Source: a virus. Taken from it: DNA of 64,000 nucleotides. This document shows, in pieces, positions 48,939-59,518 of the stretch. Position numbers and translations under genes: made by a program. The stretch covers positions 1 to 64,000 of the IMG/VR virus record IMGVR_UViG_3300037882_002640. The stretch is one strand, 5' to 3'. Position 1 is the stretch's first letter, and each line of letters starts with the position of its first letter. Below the pieces are notes generated by a model. It was given only the letters and a program-made list of their open reading frames with translations, searched no databases and had not been told where the DNA came from.

Positions 48939-49093
48939 ATAGCGTGGCTATTGGTGGGTAGAATTTGCGGACATAAACATCCTTTCTATTCACCCTAGTG
49001 GAATGATGCATTTTTAATACTAGAAACAGGAAAATTCCAGCTTCTCGTGTACTCAGCCCCAGACTTCTCATAGTTTCATTCCACACCTCAAGG

Positions 49094-49681
49094 TTAGAAT
49101 GGGTGGTCAGGGGCTTCTTCTTTTTTACCGTCTGAGTTGCTACTTGCAATGTCTTTGAGTTCTTTTTGTGAAAAATTTAAAGTTGAGGGGACCCCTTCTG
49201 TGTACAATTCCATATACCCATTGTATGCTGGTATGTTAGCATACACAGTGGTTCCACCCTCTTTCTTTTTGGTTACTTTAGGTACAACCTTTAGATTTAC
49301 CTTTGTCCCTTTAAAGCCGTTGGTTATAGTGATTGCTTTTTCTGCAAATTCCGTGTACGTTTTCGCGGTTAATTTGTCTATGCTCGCTTCGTCCCCTACT
49401 ACACTTAGTACGTAGGTCAGTGCGACCACATTTCTGTGTTGTTCCCGTTCAAGCGCTTCGGCGGGAGTTTCCATCACTTTATCAGCCTTCTCGAAAGGCA
49501 TTGCGCCAGTTGGTTTGAACAACCGTTTACGCGCAAACCGTTTTTCTGTATCTATAAATGTGATATCTATGGAGTCTCCATCCTTTACCAGTCCGCTAAA
49601 GGTTACACCTTCGTGTATCCCTACTGGTATACTACCTACCGACGCTAGGTCGCTCTCGAAAATTAATTTTGCTTGAAACAT
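49094..49681 (-). CDS. Putative single-stranded DNA-binding protein
   Basis: 195 aa; IPVGIHEGV start, charged tail ending PF; follows the AAA recombinase-like gene. Confidence 0.55.
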   Translation of the reverse strand: MFQAKLIFESDLASVGSIPVGIHEGVTFSGLVKDGDSIDITFIDTEKRFARKRLFKPTGAMPFEKADKVMETPAEALEREQHRNVVALTYVLSVVGDEASIDKLTAKTYTEFAEKAITITNGFKGTKVNLKVVPKVTKKKEGGTTVYANIPAYNGYMELYTEGVPSTLNFSQKELKDIASSNSDGKKEEAPDHPF

Positions 49682-49685
49682 TGTT

Positions 49686-50345
49686 TTATCCTTCTTTTTC
49701 TATAATTGTGTCCACAACGAACTTCAAGTCGTTGGGAATTCTTGGTGGGAATACTCCCATCACAGACCTAGCCTCATTTATTCCGTTAGAATTGGTCTGT
49801 AATTCATAAAGTGGCTCTCCAGCGTCAAAAGTTAGATCTGTATAGAGATTGTATGTGAGAAATGAATTCAGGTTAATCTTAGTGAGCTTCTTGCCATTAG
49901 TTTTTATCCTTAAGCATTGCGCACCATTCATCTCGTAAGCCTCTACATGAGACATTACGATTACTGTAAAATCTTCCCGACTCAAGTCTCTAATTGCTTT
50001 AAACAGATCATAGACCTCGCTTGCTAAGTCAGCCCATTGGTCTCTTGATGGGTTCTTGAGTATCTCCATCTCTGCATTTGTCATTAAAGTAGAGATGGTG
50101 TCAATAACTACTACCTTAACTTCTGGCACCTTATCATGGATACTCTTTACAAAAGTCTCAGCTTGCTTTGCAGTGCTGACCTTAAAGTAATTTTTATTTG
50201 CAGTATTGTAATCTTTCTTTCACCCCACCCAAGCCATTCCTTTGCCATCGCCATCTAGGAATACTGTGCTTTTAGGATCTAACGTCATTACTCCTGTGGT
50301 CTTCCCTGTTGATGGGAATCCCGAAATCATTATTAATCTACTCAT
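49686..50345 (-). CDS. AAA_24/Sak4-like ATPase; TGA=Trp readthrough
   Basis: MSRLIMISGFPSTGKTT...WVG*KKDY...VVVIDT...VMSHVE; the Walker A motif lies upstream of TGA 50220-50222. Confidence 0.85.
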
Positions 50346-51336
50346 TTGGGTTTCTCTCGCTTATTTGGTTCTTATTGAATTGCTCTATACATGCTATCAC
50401 TACTGGAGTTCCAAACCGCTCCTTAATAACATGCAGATATATCATGGATTTATTTAGAGTGGGGTGTATTACTGGAAGTCCATGTGGAAACCCATCTCTT
50501 GGGGGCCCATAGTATGCACCCATTCCTGAAACCACCACAGGCCTATGAAGTATCACAACATAATCAGAGCATTGATACGCTGAAGATGATGCGAATAAGT
50601 CATTCTGGGTGGGGTAGTGTAATTTAGGGTTTGATACCCTCTCGTTACTTTGTATATCACGATTAAGTTGAGACAAAAGTACGAACATTATTTTGATATT
50701 TTCGTGTGAAAAATGTTTTTTTAATTCCACGAGTGATAAATAAAGTTCGTCCACCCTTTGCTTTTCAGCCTCTCCTTTATTGTTTTTAGTTAGGAGGGTG
50801 TGATCAATAGTCACTACTAATCCTTTGTTTTCACTTTGGAGATTTCTAACCTCAGCAAAATTAAGTATTGTCTGAGTAATATCTCTCGCTGTACCAACCT
50901 TATCTACATAGAATATAGGCAGCAAAGCAATATTCTCAACTTCATTCTCAATTTTGTTGTATAAATCCTGTGATATTGGAGTTTCAGAGGAATATATTTC
51001 CTTTAGGCCTACACCTAAACTGCTAGATAAATCTCTAGCAATTTGGTCTTCCATGCGCATCTCGAACTCAAACGAAAGTATTTCAAAATTCTGGTCTTTG
51101 TTCAACGCAATGAAATCTCTTCGCAACTCTGATAAGAATGTGGACTTACCACTTCCTGGCAAGCCCGCAACTGTTGTTATCCTTCACCAATCAAGGCCAT
51201 TCAAGAAAGTCTTGTTAAACTTACTTTTAGAGGTCTTAAGTGACTTTATCTCCCCTGTTCGTAGAGAATGGATAAATTTCTTGGAAGAGGTAGCTGCATG
51301 AGATATGTGTCTTACATTAAGCGAGATCTGTTCCAT
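50338..51336 (-). CDS. dnaB: DnaB-like replicative helicase; TGA readthrough
   Basis: SLKT..KFN..LNGLDW*RITTVAGLPGSGKS, FEFEM, IDH, LSQLNR; TGA 51184-51186. Confidence 0.85.
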
Positions 51337-51856
51337 AGGTTACCGTTCTTGCTGGGGCTGCCACTTCGTAATCTAGAAACGTTTTAGACTTCAGAAAACT
51401 ACTAGGCCCCTTCATATATGTAACTTTGTTTTCAGTATAGGAAGTTTTCTTTAGATATTCATAGTAGGCTTTAAGCCCTTCTATTATCACATCGAGGTCA
51501 TACCTTAACCTCGCTTTAGTAAACTCTAGTTTAGATTCATCTCGATTTGTCCGTATGACTCTAGTTGACTCAAATCTGCCAAAACTATTGTCAAGAGGGT
51601 ATGCCTTTCAGAACTTCTCGAACTCATCCTCATCAGATTCTACCCCACCTTCTAATTCTGTTACTAAAACATAGAAAGTGTTGGTGAGGTTACCAGCCCT
51701 ATCTAAAAACCCTAAAGTTTTCATTTTATTCATACTCTCTGTTGTTGGGTAGTTACCCCAATCCTCGTCTAAATACAGAGAGTAAAGATACGCAAATTCT
51801 TCTAAATCAAGAAGTAATTTCGTAACCGTTTTGTATAATTTATTAGTAAAATACAT
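51317..51856 (-). CDS. Replication initiator/replisome organiser-like protein; TGA=Trp
   Basis: FEKF*KAYP is the FxxFWxxYP motif; the frame stays open about 96 codons to TAA 51317, overlapping the DnaB start; TGA 51608-51610. Confidence 0.75.
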
Positions 51857-52109
51857 ATTCTTTTATGCCTTCTCGACCATTCGTTATATGGTCGAGTTCC
51901 GCTCTTTTTAGATCATCTATTGCTTTACCCCACGTTTCCCACAAATCTTTAGTCTGTTGGGAACCGTTGCTGGAGACCAGTACTTTCCGTTTACCTCCCT
52001 TCAAATAGTAATATATCTGAACATTCCATAAACCCTCATTTCTGTAGACATGTATTTTGTAATCCTTGTAGTTGAACTTTATGTTATCTTTGATATTTTT
52101 TTTTGCCAT
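51843..52109 (-). CDS. Hypothetical protein
   Basis: 88 aa, operon packing. Confidence 0.5.
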   Translation of the reverse strand: MAKKNIKDNIKFNYKDYKIHVYRNEGLWNVQIYYYLKGGKRKVLVSSNGSQQTKDLWETWGKAIDDLKRAELDHITNGREGIKEYVFY

Positions 52110-52111
52110 AC

Positions 52112-52339
52112 CTAGTAACGAAATAATATTTTTTCCAGGGATTCACATTCATCCTGTATATTGTAGTACAGAGAGAAATTTATGTCATACTCCCTAATAG
52201 ATTTAGCTTCATCCTTTTTTCCTGGGTAGGAGCCTACAAAAAAGTAACATATCACAGTGTTTGTATTGTTACTTGGCCTGTACTGGCTAGTTACCTGCAC
52301 GCAAAACCTACCAATATGGATAACTTTTATCTCCTCCAT
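52112..52339 (-). CDS. Hypothetical protein
   Basis: 75 aa, TAATG coupling. Confidence 0.5.
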   Translation of the reverse strand: MEEIKVIHIGRFCVQVTSQYRPSNNTNTVICYFFVGSYPGKKDEAKSIREYDINFSLYYNIQDECESLEKILFRY

Positions 52340-53388
52340 TAGAAAGGGTAATCCAAATCAAAATCAATTTTTCTTTGTAAATTGAAATCAGGTTTAATAG
52401 TTTCAAGTTTTAGCACTTTGGTTACATTATGGTTATGAAATACCATCTTGTAGATGTAGTCTCTTTTGTTGTTAAAGACATAAACCACTTTGTCTGCGCT
52501 TCTTTTTACTATGATGGGGGCCTTACCTTCGTGATTGCAGATCTTGCAAAGGTATGACTGGCCTTTTAAGTCCCAGTCTAGTTGTTCCCTGCTAAGCATC
52601 AAGTCAATTTCTTGTACTATATCACATTCACAGGTGAAGTGATTATACCTTTGAGTAACTCCTATACCTATAGTGTATGGGCTCATTCTTGAGTCGTGTG
52701 CTCTTTGGATCGCTGTACATTCACCACAAAGATATGTATAATCTGCGATGACTGCAAATTTTCTCCAACTTTTTTCAGAGTTATCAATGAGATAATCTTC
52801 GTTGCAGTGTGCGCACACTCTGCTGTAACTCCTAAAGGAAAAGAGGTTCTCTCTTTTCCTACCGCTTGTATTTTTGATAAATGTTTCACAACTATCACAA
52901 ACTTTAACTCTGCCTCCTGTAGTTTCGTTGTTCAAGTTAGAGTATTCCCTAGATACTGGTATATTTACTATTATCGAAAACATAGGCATGGCAGTTTCAC
53001 AGAGGATACAGTACTCACTAAGGTCCATACCATCATAATATTTAGCATGTGAGTAGTAGTTACCTAATCGTGGAAGACCATAATTATGTATCATAGTATA
53101 CCTGTCCAAGATTTTATGATTCTTTCTTTCCATGACTTTCTTTTTTTCTGTTTTGATGCTATTTTGACATTCTTCGCAGGCAAATATGTGAAGGTTAAGT
53201 TCATTATACTCACTTGTAGACATAGAGTGTGTTGTCCTCACTTCATTTACGTGGAAGTAACACTCTCCCATTCTCGCCCCTGCCGTGACATTAGGCAACC
53301 ATGTGTCATCAACAAACCTAAAGTCATGTTCAATGTACCGTCTTAGCCTCCAAGGGTATCTGGGGAGGTCGGAATTGATTTCAACCAT
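52339..53388 (-). CDS. Multi zinc-finger (CxxC) protein
   Basis: 349 aa; CEEC, CILC, CDSC, CAHC, CGEC, CEC, CKIC. Confidence 0.6.
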   Translation of the reverse strand: MVEINSDLPRYPWRLRRYIEHDFRFVDDTWLPNVTAGARMGECYFHVNEVRTTHSMSTSEYNELNLHIFACEECQNSIKTEKKKVMERKNHKILDRYTMIHNYGLPRLGNYYSHAKYYDGMDLSEYCILCETAMPMFSIIVNIPVSREYSNLNNETTGGRVKVCDSCETFIKNTSGRKRENLFSFRSYSRVCAHCNEDYLIDNSEKSWRKFAVIADYTYLCGECTAIQRAHDSRMSPYTIGIGVTQRYNHFTCECDIVQEIDLMLSREQLDWDLKGQSYLCKICNHEGKAPIIVKRSADKVVYVFNNKRDYIYKMVFHNHNVTKVLKLETIKPDFNLQRKIDFDLDYPF

Positions 53389-54500
53389 ATAGGTTTAATT
53401 TTTAAAGTTTTAGTTTTTACCCATTTTTCTTCCCTTGTTCCTTCAGTGTAAAGATTAAAGAATAAGGCTTTCTTATCCTTACCTAACCTCACTGTACGCC
53501 CAAGAGCTTGGGTAAATACCAGTAACGATGAGTCTCCTGACACTGAAATGCCAGCATCTAGACTAGGAATGTCTAACCCTTCATTTAGAGCATCAACACC
53601 TATTAACCTACTTACTTTACCAGTTTCCATCCTTTCAAGGACCTCTGCTTTTGCTTTCTTGCTCATCTTAGAATGGTAAACTGCTGAATTAGGTAGTAGT
53701 TTTCCGCAAATTTCAGCTTCTTTAATACTTTTGAAGAAGATTATCCATCTTCTCCCTGGGTATTGATTAACCAACTTTATAACGGCGTCCATCTTGTTAC
53801 CGTTACTTCATACCGCTTGCTTCCGCATAGTCATTGCCCCCCAAAATTCCTTACTAGCACTACTAACCTCCTTATCAGGATGATTTCTATAGTGTTTAGC
53901 GTTCTCGAAGGGGGATGAATATTCCAGGTTTTTTTCTTTGGCTAATCTCGCTAAATTCTTAGACGCTTGAATTAATTTAGCGTTGAACACTGAGTACCTC
54001 TTCCCATTCGACTTATCGTTGGGTAAGGCTATGTTGTATACCGTGAAATCACTTATTGCCCCATCTTCTAGGGCTTCATCAACTGTTTTCTCCTTTGCTA
54101 TTGGCGCAATGCTCACCATAAAATCCAGGTACTCTAGATTAGATGGGGCTGTTGCTGTTAACAGTAAGGTGTAGTTTCTGCTTATGTTGGAGTATAAACT
54201 CCTGTAGGCTGGGGAAAGGCTTCGGTGCGCCTCATCAACTATGAGTAGATTAACGCTTTTCTTCTGCTTGTACGCTGAATTAATTGTTGTAACCTCAGCC
54301 TTTCCCCCCACCACTTTTTTTCATGCCTCAACTAAATTTACTCTAGATGAGACGATCAGTACTTCTCCTCCAATAAGCTCTACTGCCATTTGACCGACCC
54401 TGGTCTTACCATATCCTGTCGGGAGAAGCACTGTGACGTGTTTATGTTCTACTAATTTATTTACCGAATCCAATTGCTCGGCATCTCTGATGGTTTTCAT
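53343..54500 (-). CDS. SF2 DExH helicase; two TGA=Trp readthroughs
   Basis: LPTGYGKT, NLVEA*KK (motif Ia Trp), VDEAH, LTAT, LNEGLDIP, QALGRTVR; TGA 54321-54323 and 53808-53810. Confidence 0.9.
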
Positions 54501-55357
54501 TAGTTATGGGCATTACATATTTTATATTTAGCCGATATTTGGGTATTACACCCAGACACCTGGCATTCGTGTGTAGTTAACTTACAGCCTCTGCATATTT
54601 CGCCTCCTGAAGATACCCGACTTGTTGCGCACCTAGCACAATAATGTATTTTTCTGCTGTCGCAATTGTCACATAAACCTTCACGAGTCAAGTCATATCC
54701 TCCAGGTAGCCTAACATATGCGCCACATCTCAAGCAGTTATCTGCTGAATCCTTTTCACATGTATTGCAGAGAGTCTTGGTGTAGTCATTACTCTCGAAT
54801 CTGCACTTACAATTAGAGCAAACATTTGAATGCTCTAGACAGAACTTAGATCCATTTATGGTGTGTTCACTGCATATTAAGCAGTAATTTGGGAAAATAC
54901 TCCCACAATGATCGCATTCTCTGTCTTTACCTAAGTATACGTCACACTTTGGGCATTTCCTGTTACAAGACTTGCATGTAGTATCGGCCAATAAATCATC
55001 CCCACAACCGGGGCATATACCAAAGGTACAACCTCTGCATATATTATCCGAATTTATTTTCTTAAACAAATTACACTTAAAACATTTACCTAGTTTAGGG
55101 CCGTTATCAACGCTTACACAATCATGGACAGTCGTAGAAGGGTATACTTCCGCACAAGTTTTGCACGTTACATGATGCTCTTTTAAGCAGTCAATACACA
55201 TTGCTTTTGCAACTGCTCTGTCTTCTGCAGGGCTTACCCATACACCCACTGTTAAATTGGCCGTCTTACCACACTCTTGGCAAGGACTGTGTATACACAT
55301 GTCGCATAGTTCTTTAGTGGAACTAATAAGTGTATCACATTTAAAGCATGTGTTCAT
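54500..55357 (-). CDS. Very Cys-rich tandem zinc-ribbon protein
   Basis: 285 aa made almost entirely of CxxC...CxxC/CxxH units. Confidence 0.65.
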   Translation of the reverse strand: MNTCFKCDTLISSTKELCDMCIHSPCQECGKTANLTVGVWVSPAEDRAVAKAMCIDCLKEHHVTCKTCAEVYPSTTVHDCVSVDNGPKLGKCFKCNLFKKINSDNICRGCTFGICPGCGDDLLADTTCKSCNRKCPKCDVYLGKDRECDHCGSIFPNYCLICSEHTINGSKFCLEHSNVCSNCKCRFESNDYTKTLCNTCEKDSADNCLRCGAYVRLPGGYDLTREGLCDNCDSRKIHYCARCATSRVSSGGEICRGCKLTTHECQVSGCNTQISAKYKICNAHN

Positions 55358-55446
55358 ACAAACACACTGCGCACCTAAGGTGCACTTCTTTACCTTCCTG
55401 CCAAAGTGTGGCGACGACCTATTTATACATGTGAATGTACGGGTAA

Positions 55447-56457
55447 CTAGTTTGGGAGTACTATACCTAGGCCACCATCAAGGATGGAATCCTCAAAGAG
55501 AGCTCTAACAGCGTCGACTTCGGGTTTTTTACCCTCGTTAATCCTGTTGCTGATTTCAGCAAATGTTAGCATTAGTTTGATTGCAGATTCTTTTTCTGCT
55601 TCATCATCAGATGACGAGTATCTATCCTTTGCTTCCACCACCTCTGCGTATATCTTGTCTGTTTTGGTCTTATCAGTTATACCGATATACTTAAGCAAAT
55701 TAAGCACAACAGATTTATCCTTGTCTGGATTCTTGGGCTTATCATCTCCGCTACTAGCAGGGGTTGTACTTTGCTGCCCTTTATCATCCTTCATGTAGTT
55801 CTCGCTATTAGTTCCTAGTGAGTAGAATATCTCCACCACTAAGATTAAATAGTGTACTACTATAGTGGCGATCATTAAGATTATTGGAGCAGCTAGTATT
55901 GCCCAAGGAGAGGTGTAGACCCTTAATCCCATTTGCAAGCACTCTTGCACATACTCCTGTTTATTAGTGAACGGGGATATCCATGAGTAAAACAATCCTA
56001 GGTGTGGAATTTCTCCCAAACCCGCAGCCATTATGGTCAAGTTGAAGTAGGGCGGTAGAAACAGCCCCAAAAAAGAAACCCCCATGATAATGACGTTTAT
56101 CAACATTGTCCCGAATTTCGACTTAATAAAACTGTCATAGATTGCTGCCATGGTGGAGGCAATAATCATACCAGATACAAACTGGTAAAATCCTAGGATT
56201 ATATGAGTCATAATCCTAGCTATAGGATTAATTTCCACCTTAGCCCCCGCTAAATGGGTAGTGGCCGCAACAAGACATTCCCCCACTGTGGCTATCAGTA
56301 GGATGACTAGCAACCACCCCGAAAAATCATTTCGGAATTGGTTCAGAATTAAATCTGTCAGTTTTTCATCCGGGTTTGAGTTTTTTAGGCGGATGAGTAC
56401 TATGGCCACGCCAATAATCCCGCAGACAGCGAGAATTGAAATTAATAGATCCGACAT
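55447..56457 (-). CDS. Multi-pass membrane protein
   Basis: 336 aa, about 5-6 hydrophobic segments plus a soluble C-terminal domain. Confidence 0.65.
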   Translation of the reverse strand: MSDLLISILAVCGIIGVAIVLIRLKNSNPDEKLTDLILNQFRNDFSGWLLVILLIATVGECLVAATTHLAGAKVEINPIARIMTHIILGFYQFVSGMIIASTMAAIYDSFIKSKFGTMLINVIIMGVSFLGLFLPPYFNLTIMAAGLGEIPHLGLFYSWISPFTNKQEYVQECLQMGLRVYTSPWAILAAPIILMIATIVVHYLILVVEIFYSLGTNSENYMKDDKGQQSTTPASSGDDKPKNPDKDKSVVLNLLKYIGITDKTKTDKIYAEVVEAKDRYSSSDDEAEKESAIKLMLTFAEISNRINEGKKPEVDAVRALFEDSILDGGLGIVLPN

Positions 56458-58305
56458 TTATTTTGTCCATATTGTAGAGTGAGAAGTGTCACTCTTTGGT
56501 GAGCAATTTTTTAGTAAGAGTTTCCCAGCCTGCATCATGGCGGAGCTAACTACTTGCTTTACTTTTTCCACATCTTCATCCCTGCACCTAATAACCCATT
56601 CATCATGGATTAAGATACATATCTCGAAATTGTGGATACTGCTTAATTTTCTTAAGAGATTACCAGCTAGTTTAATCATATCCGCTCCAGTTGACTGAAT
56701 TGGGTAATTAAATGCTTTTCTCCTTACTTGGGATTCAAACTTATTAATCCATTCCTTCATCGCTTGGTTCTCGTAGCCCCTTGCAATTAAGTCCGAATAA
56801 ATTTTCTTAGCTTTTAGGTACTCGTCATGCCCTTCAAATAGTATTCTCCTTTTAGAGTAATTGTTGGTTATTACGTAACCATCTATTAGGGCCTGTGCGG
56901 CCTTCTTTTCCAATCCCTCTATCAGAGTAGGGTACAACGCTTTAACGTCCTCTACGGCCTTTCTAGCCACCTTCATAGGCAATCCGAATTGACTTGCAAT
57001 CTTTCCTGGACCACCACCATACAGAATTGTAAATACGATGGTTTTCGCAATCTGCCTATGTAGTGATGGAATCATATTCTCACCCCAGACTACACTTGCA
57101 GTTTTCAAATGCAAATCAACTCCTTCCTTAAACCAGTCAAGAATTTTAGTCTCCCCATATAAATCCGCAGCTATTAACACCTCTTGTGAGGAGTAGTCAG
57201 CAGTTACAAAGGAATAACCTTCTCCTGCTTCAAAACAGTTGCGGTACTCATTCATCCTAGGAATTTGCTGCATATTAGGATTAGACGATGAAGTTCGTCC
57301 CGTGTCCACCATTTGCATGTAACTACTATGGATTTTGCCAGTAAGTGGGCTAATCTTTGATAGAAATTTCTCACCATATGATGTCTTAAGTTTCATTAAC
57401 TTCTTATACTCCAAATACAAATGTACAAGTTCATTATCAATCTTAGACAGGACAGTGGAGTTTACCCCCTCTTTTATTTCACCTGTTTTCTTATCTATAA
57501 ACGAAACTGATACACCAGTATTTTTCATCAAATCTAGAACTTGCTTTGGCGAGTTCCAGTTGATATCCCCATACACCGAAAGTTTTTCCAGAGACTTTTC
57601 AATTTCATTTTCCTGGTGCTTAATTAAAGCATTTCATTTATCGCGGTTAACATCCACACCATTAAGTTCCATGTCCGCTAAAACCAAAATAAATTCCTTT
57701 TCGACTAGGTTGTAGACATCCAGTAACCCGTCTTTTTCCATTTTAGCATGTAGGACTTCATATAGTGTGTACGTGTATTCTGTGTCTTTTGCAGCATATG
57801 CTGCTTGCTGTGGGGTTAGCTTCCCACCAAATGTTCGTCGGATGTCCTTAGTTACAGTGTAATCAAATAAGTCAGTCTGTAGCGTATACGCATACTTGTC
57901 AACATATTCCCTAGCCATACTTTCTAATGAAAAAGTACCTTTAGGGTTTGTTAAACCTAACTTAATTAACTGCCCCATAACCATGGTATCATCTACATCA
58001 TTATGTACGTATCCTGTGTGTCTTTTTATCACAGAATAATCGAATTTGCCATTATGGCAAATCCACCCTATCTTTTTTAACTTCCCTAGGAGCATCTTAG
58101 AAAATCCTTCCTGAACATCCACTAGTATAGTATAATCTTTACCTGTTATCTGTACAGTAAGAATCTCTTTGGCCTCATCCCAAGTAGTTTCCGTGTCCAG
58201 GGCTACCTTATCTTTTATTTTACTACAAGCCTCAACTAAACTAATATTAATAAAGCCGTCAATCTTATAGTCCCCTACGAAATACCTAGTAAATTTCTTT
58301 GCCAT
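56458..58305 (-). CDS. polA: Family A DNA polymerase with 3'-5' exonuclease; TGA=Trp readthrough
   Basis: ExoI ALDTET, ExoII HNGKFD, ExoIII YAAKD; MELNGVDVNRDK*NAL (TGA 57634-57636); motif A ADYSSQE, motif B RQIAKTIVFTILYG, motif C IHDE. Confidence 0.92.
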
Positions 58306-58591
58306 CGATTTCTAAAAATCTGTCTATTTTGTAAGATGAGCTCGTAAACTCATCCATATTCCTTACCACTCCCTTACTAGATACCACCCTACGTATCTTC
58401 CTAATGCAGGTGAAATTATTTAACTTCACCTTTCACTTATCGTGTTGATAGGTAACTTGGTATTTGTCAGGCACCTCATCTAGGATGAAGGGAAGGCCCT
58501 TACCCATGTATTCCACAAGTTCAGCCTCCCCTTCGTAACCTAAATTTTGATAAGGGTCAAGGTACACTGGTACCATCTGCCCTACCTTCAT
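58286..58591 (-). CDS. Hypothetical protein absent from the ORF track; TGA=Trp
   Basis: 101-aa frame MKVGQMVPVYLDPY...HDK*KVKL that fills the gap exactly; TGA 58433-58435. Confidence 0.6.
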
Positions 58592-58593
58592 AC

Positions 58594-59184
58594 TTACATT
58601 TCTATATGTATGTGACTTCCTGTAGCGCTGGGGTTGTAAAATATATAAGGCTTACATTCCTCGCGTGTAGCGTAAGTTTCCACCTCTTTACATCCTGGCT
58701 TGCCTTCGATGTACATAGTTAGCCCATGTTCTTGTAGCCATTTCTTACCAGATTCTGATACTAAATAATCTACAAGGTCTTGAGACAAATCTAAGTCGCA
58801 GGCTTTGCCATGTTCATGTTCTGACTTTGTCCCCCAATTCCTACGAAGTGAGGTTATCATTGCCTTGGGACCACTGTACTCCCCCAGTGCTGTTTTTAAG
58901 GCACTACAAATATCCGTGTTTACACCTCTATACAGTACAAACCCTAGAAAGTTAGCTTTGCAGCTACCGAATTTTTTACTTTTCGGATTCTTTCATGGGT
59001 GTATTTTCAGTAGTGTATCTAGTTGTAGTTTAATGGAGTCTGTTACTCCACCATACTCTAAAACCTCCATTTTAAGGTGTTCAAGAGCATCACGTTGGTC
59101 GTCGATAATCCTATTTTGTTTTATTTGAAAACTAATAAGTGCTGCGACCATTATACCCTGTAGTGCCAATCGTATGTCATTCAT
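58594..59184 (-). CDS. Membrane-anchored M15-type zinc peptidase; TGA=Trp
   Basis: ORFs 58993-59184 and 58594-58860 are one frame across TGA 58993-58995; ITSLRR, SEHEHGKACD, HIHI motifs. Confidence 0.7.
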
Positions 59185-59229
59185 ATGTTTGCTGTCTTGT
59201 ATTTACTAGTGCTCTAGTTCCAAGCACTT

Positions 59230-59517
59230 CTAGTTAGCGGGGTATAAAAGCTTGTAAGCTTTGTTTACTACAAAGAACTCCGCCACTTGGGCACCTGTAT
59301 TTGGATGGTTACGAGGAACAAACTTTTCGACTATTACGCCGTCTGATTTATTTCCGTTCCTATCGTAATACAAGTTAACGCCCCTTTTATCAGTAGTTCA
59401 TGTCAGTCCCACCTCGCTGTATGACACATTTAGCGCCATTCCAGTCCTGGCGGACCTCAAAACTACCAATCCACTGTTACTTAAGTAAGTAACAGCTCGC
59501 TCATCAATATTGTTCAT
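59230..59517 (-). CDS. Hypothetical protein absent from the ORF track; TGA=Trp
   Basis: 95-aa frame MNNIDERAV...GLT*TTDKRG that fills the gap; TGA 59398-59400. Confidence 0.55.
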
Positions 59518-59518
59518 T

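Noticed and set aside
48868-49149. 93-aa ORF, or a short two-TGA frame (MKL*EVWG*VHEKLEFSCF) in the SSB-to-48938 gap
   Set aside because: The long ORF overlaps both neighbours and the short frame is only 19 codons; neither can be supported without homologues.
51184-51186. TGA=Gly (code 25) or selenocysteine
   Set aside because: The DnaB site (GLDW*RI) alone could fit Gly or another residue, but the initiator, AAA, SF2, PolA and primase sites match Trp-typical positions and none is a catalytic Cys position. An alignment is still needed.
45344-59517. Replication genes as pseudogenes, or as split genes with introns or inteins
   Set aside because: Every interruption is a single TGA with no frameshift, no internal TAA/TAG and no inserted sequence, and catalytic motifs are intact. 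Decay or deamination of TGG should also produce TAG.
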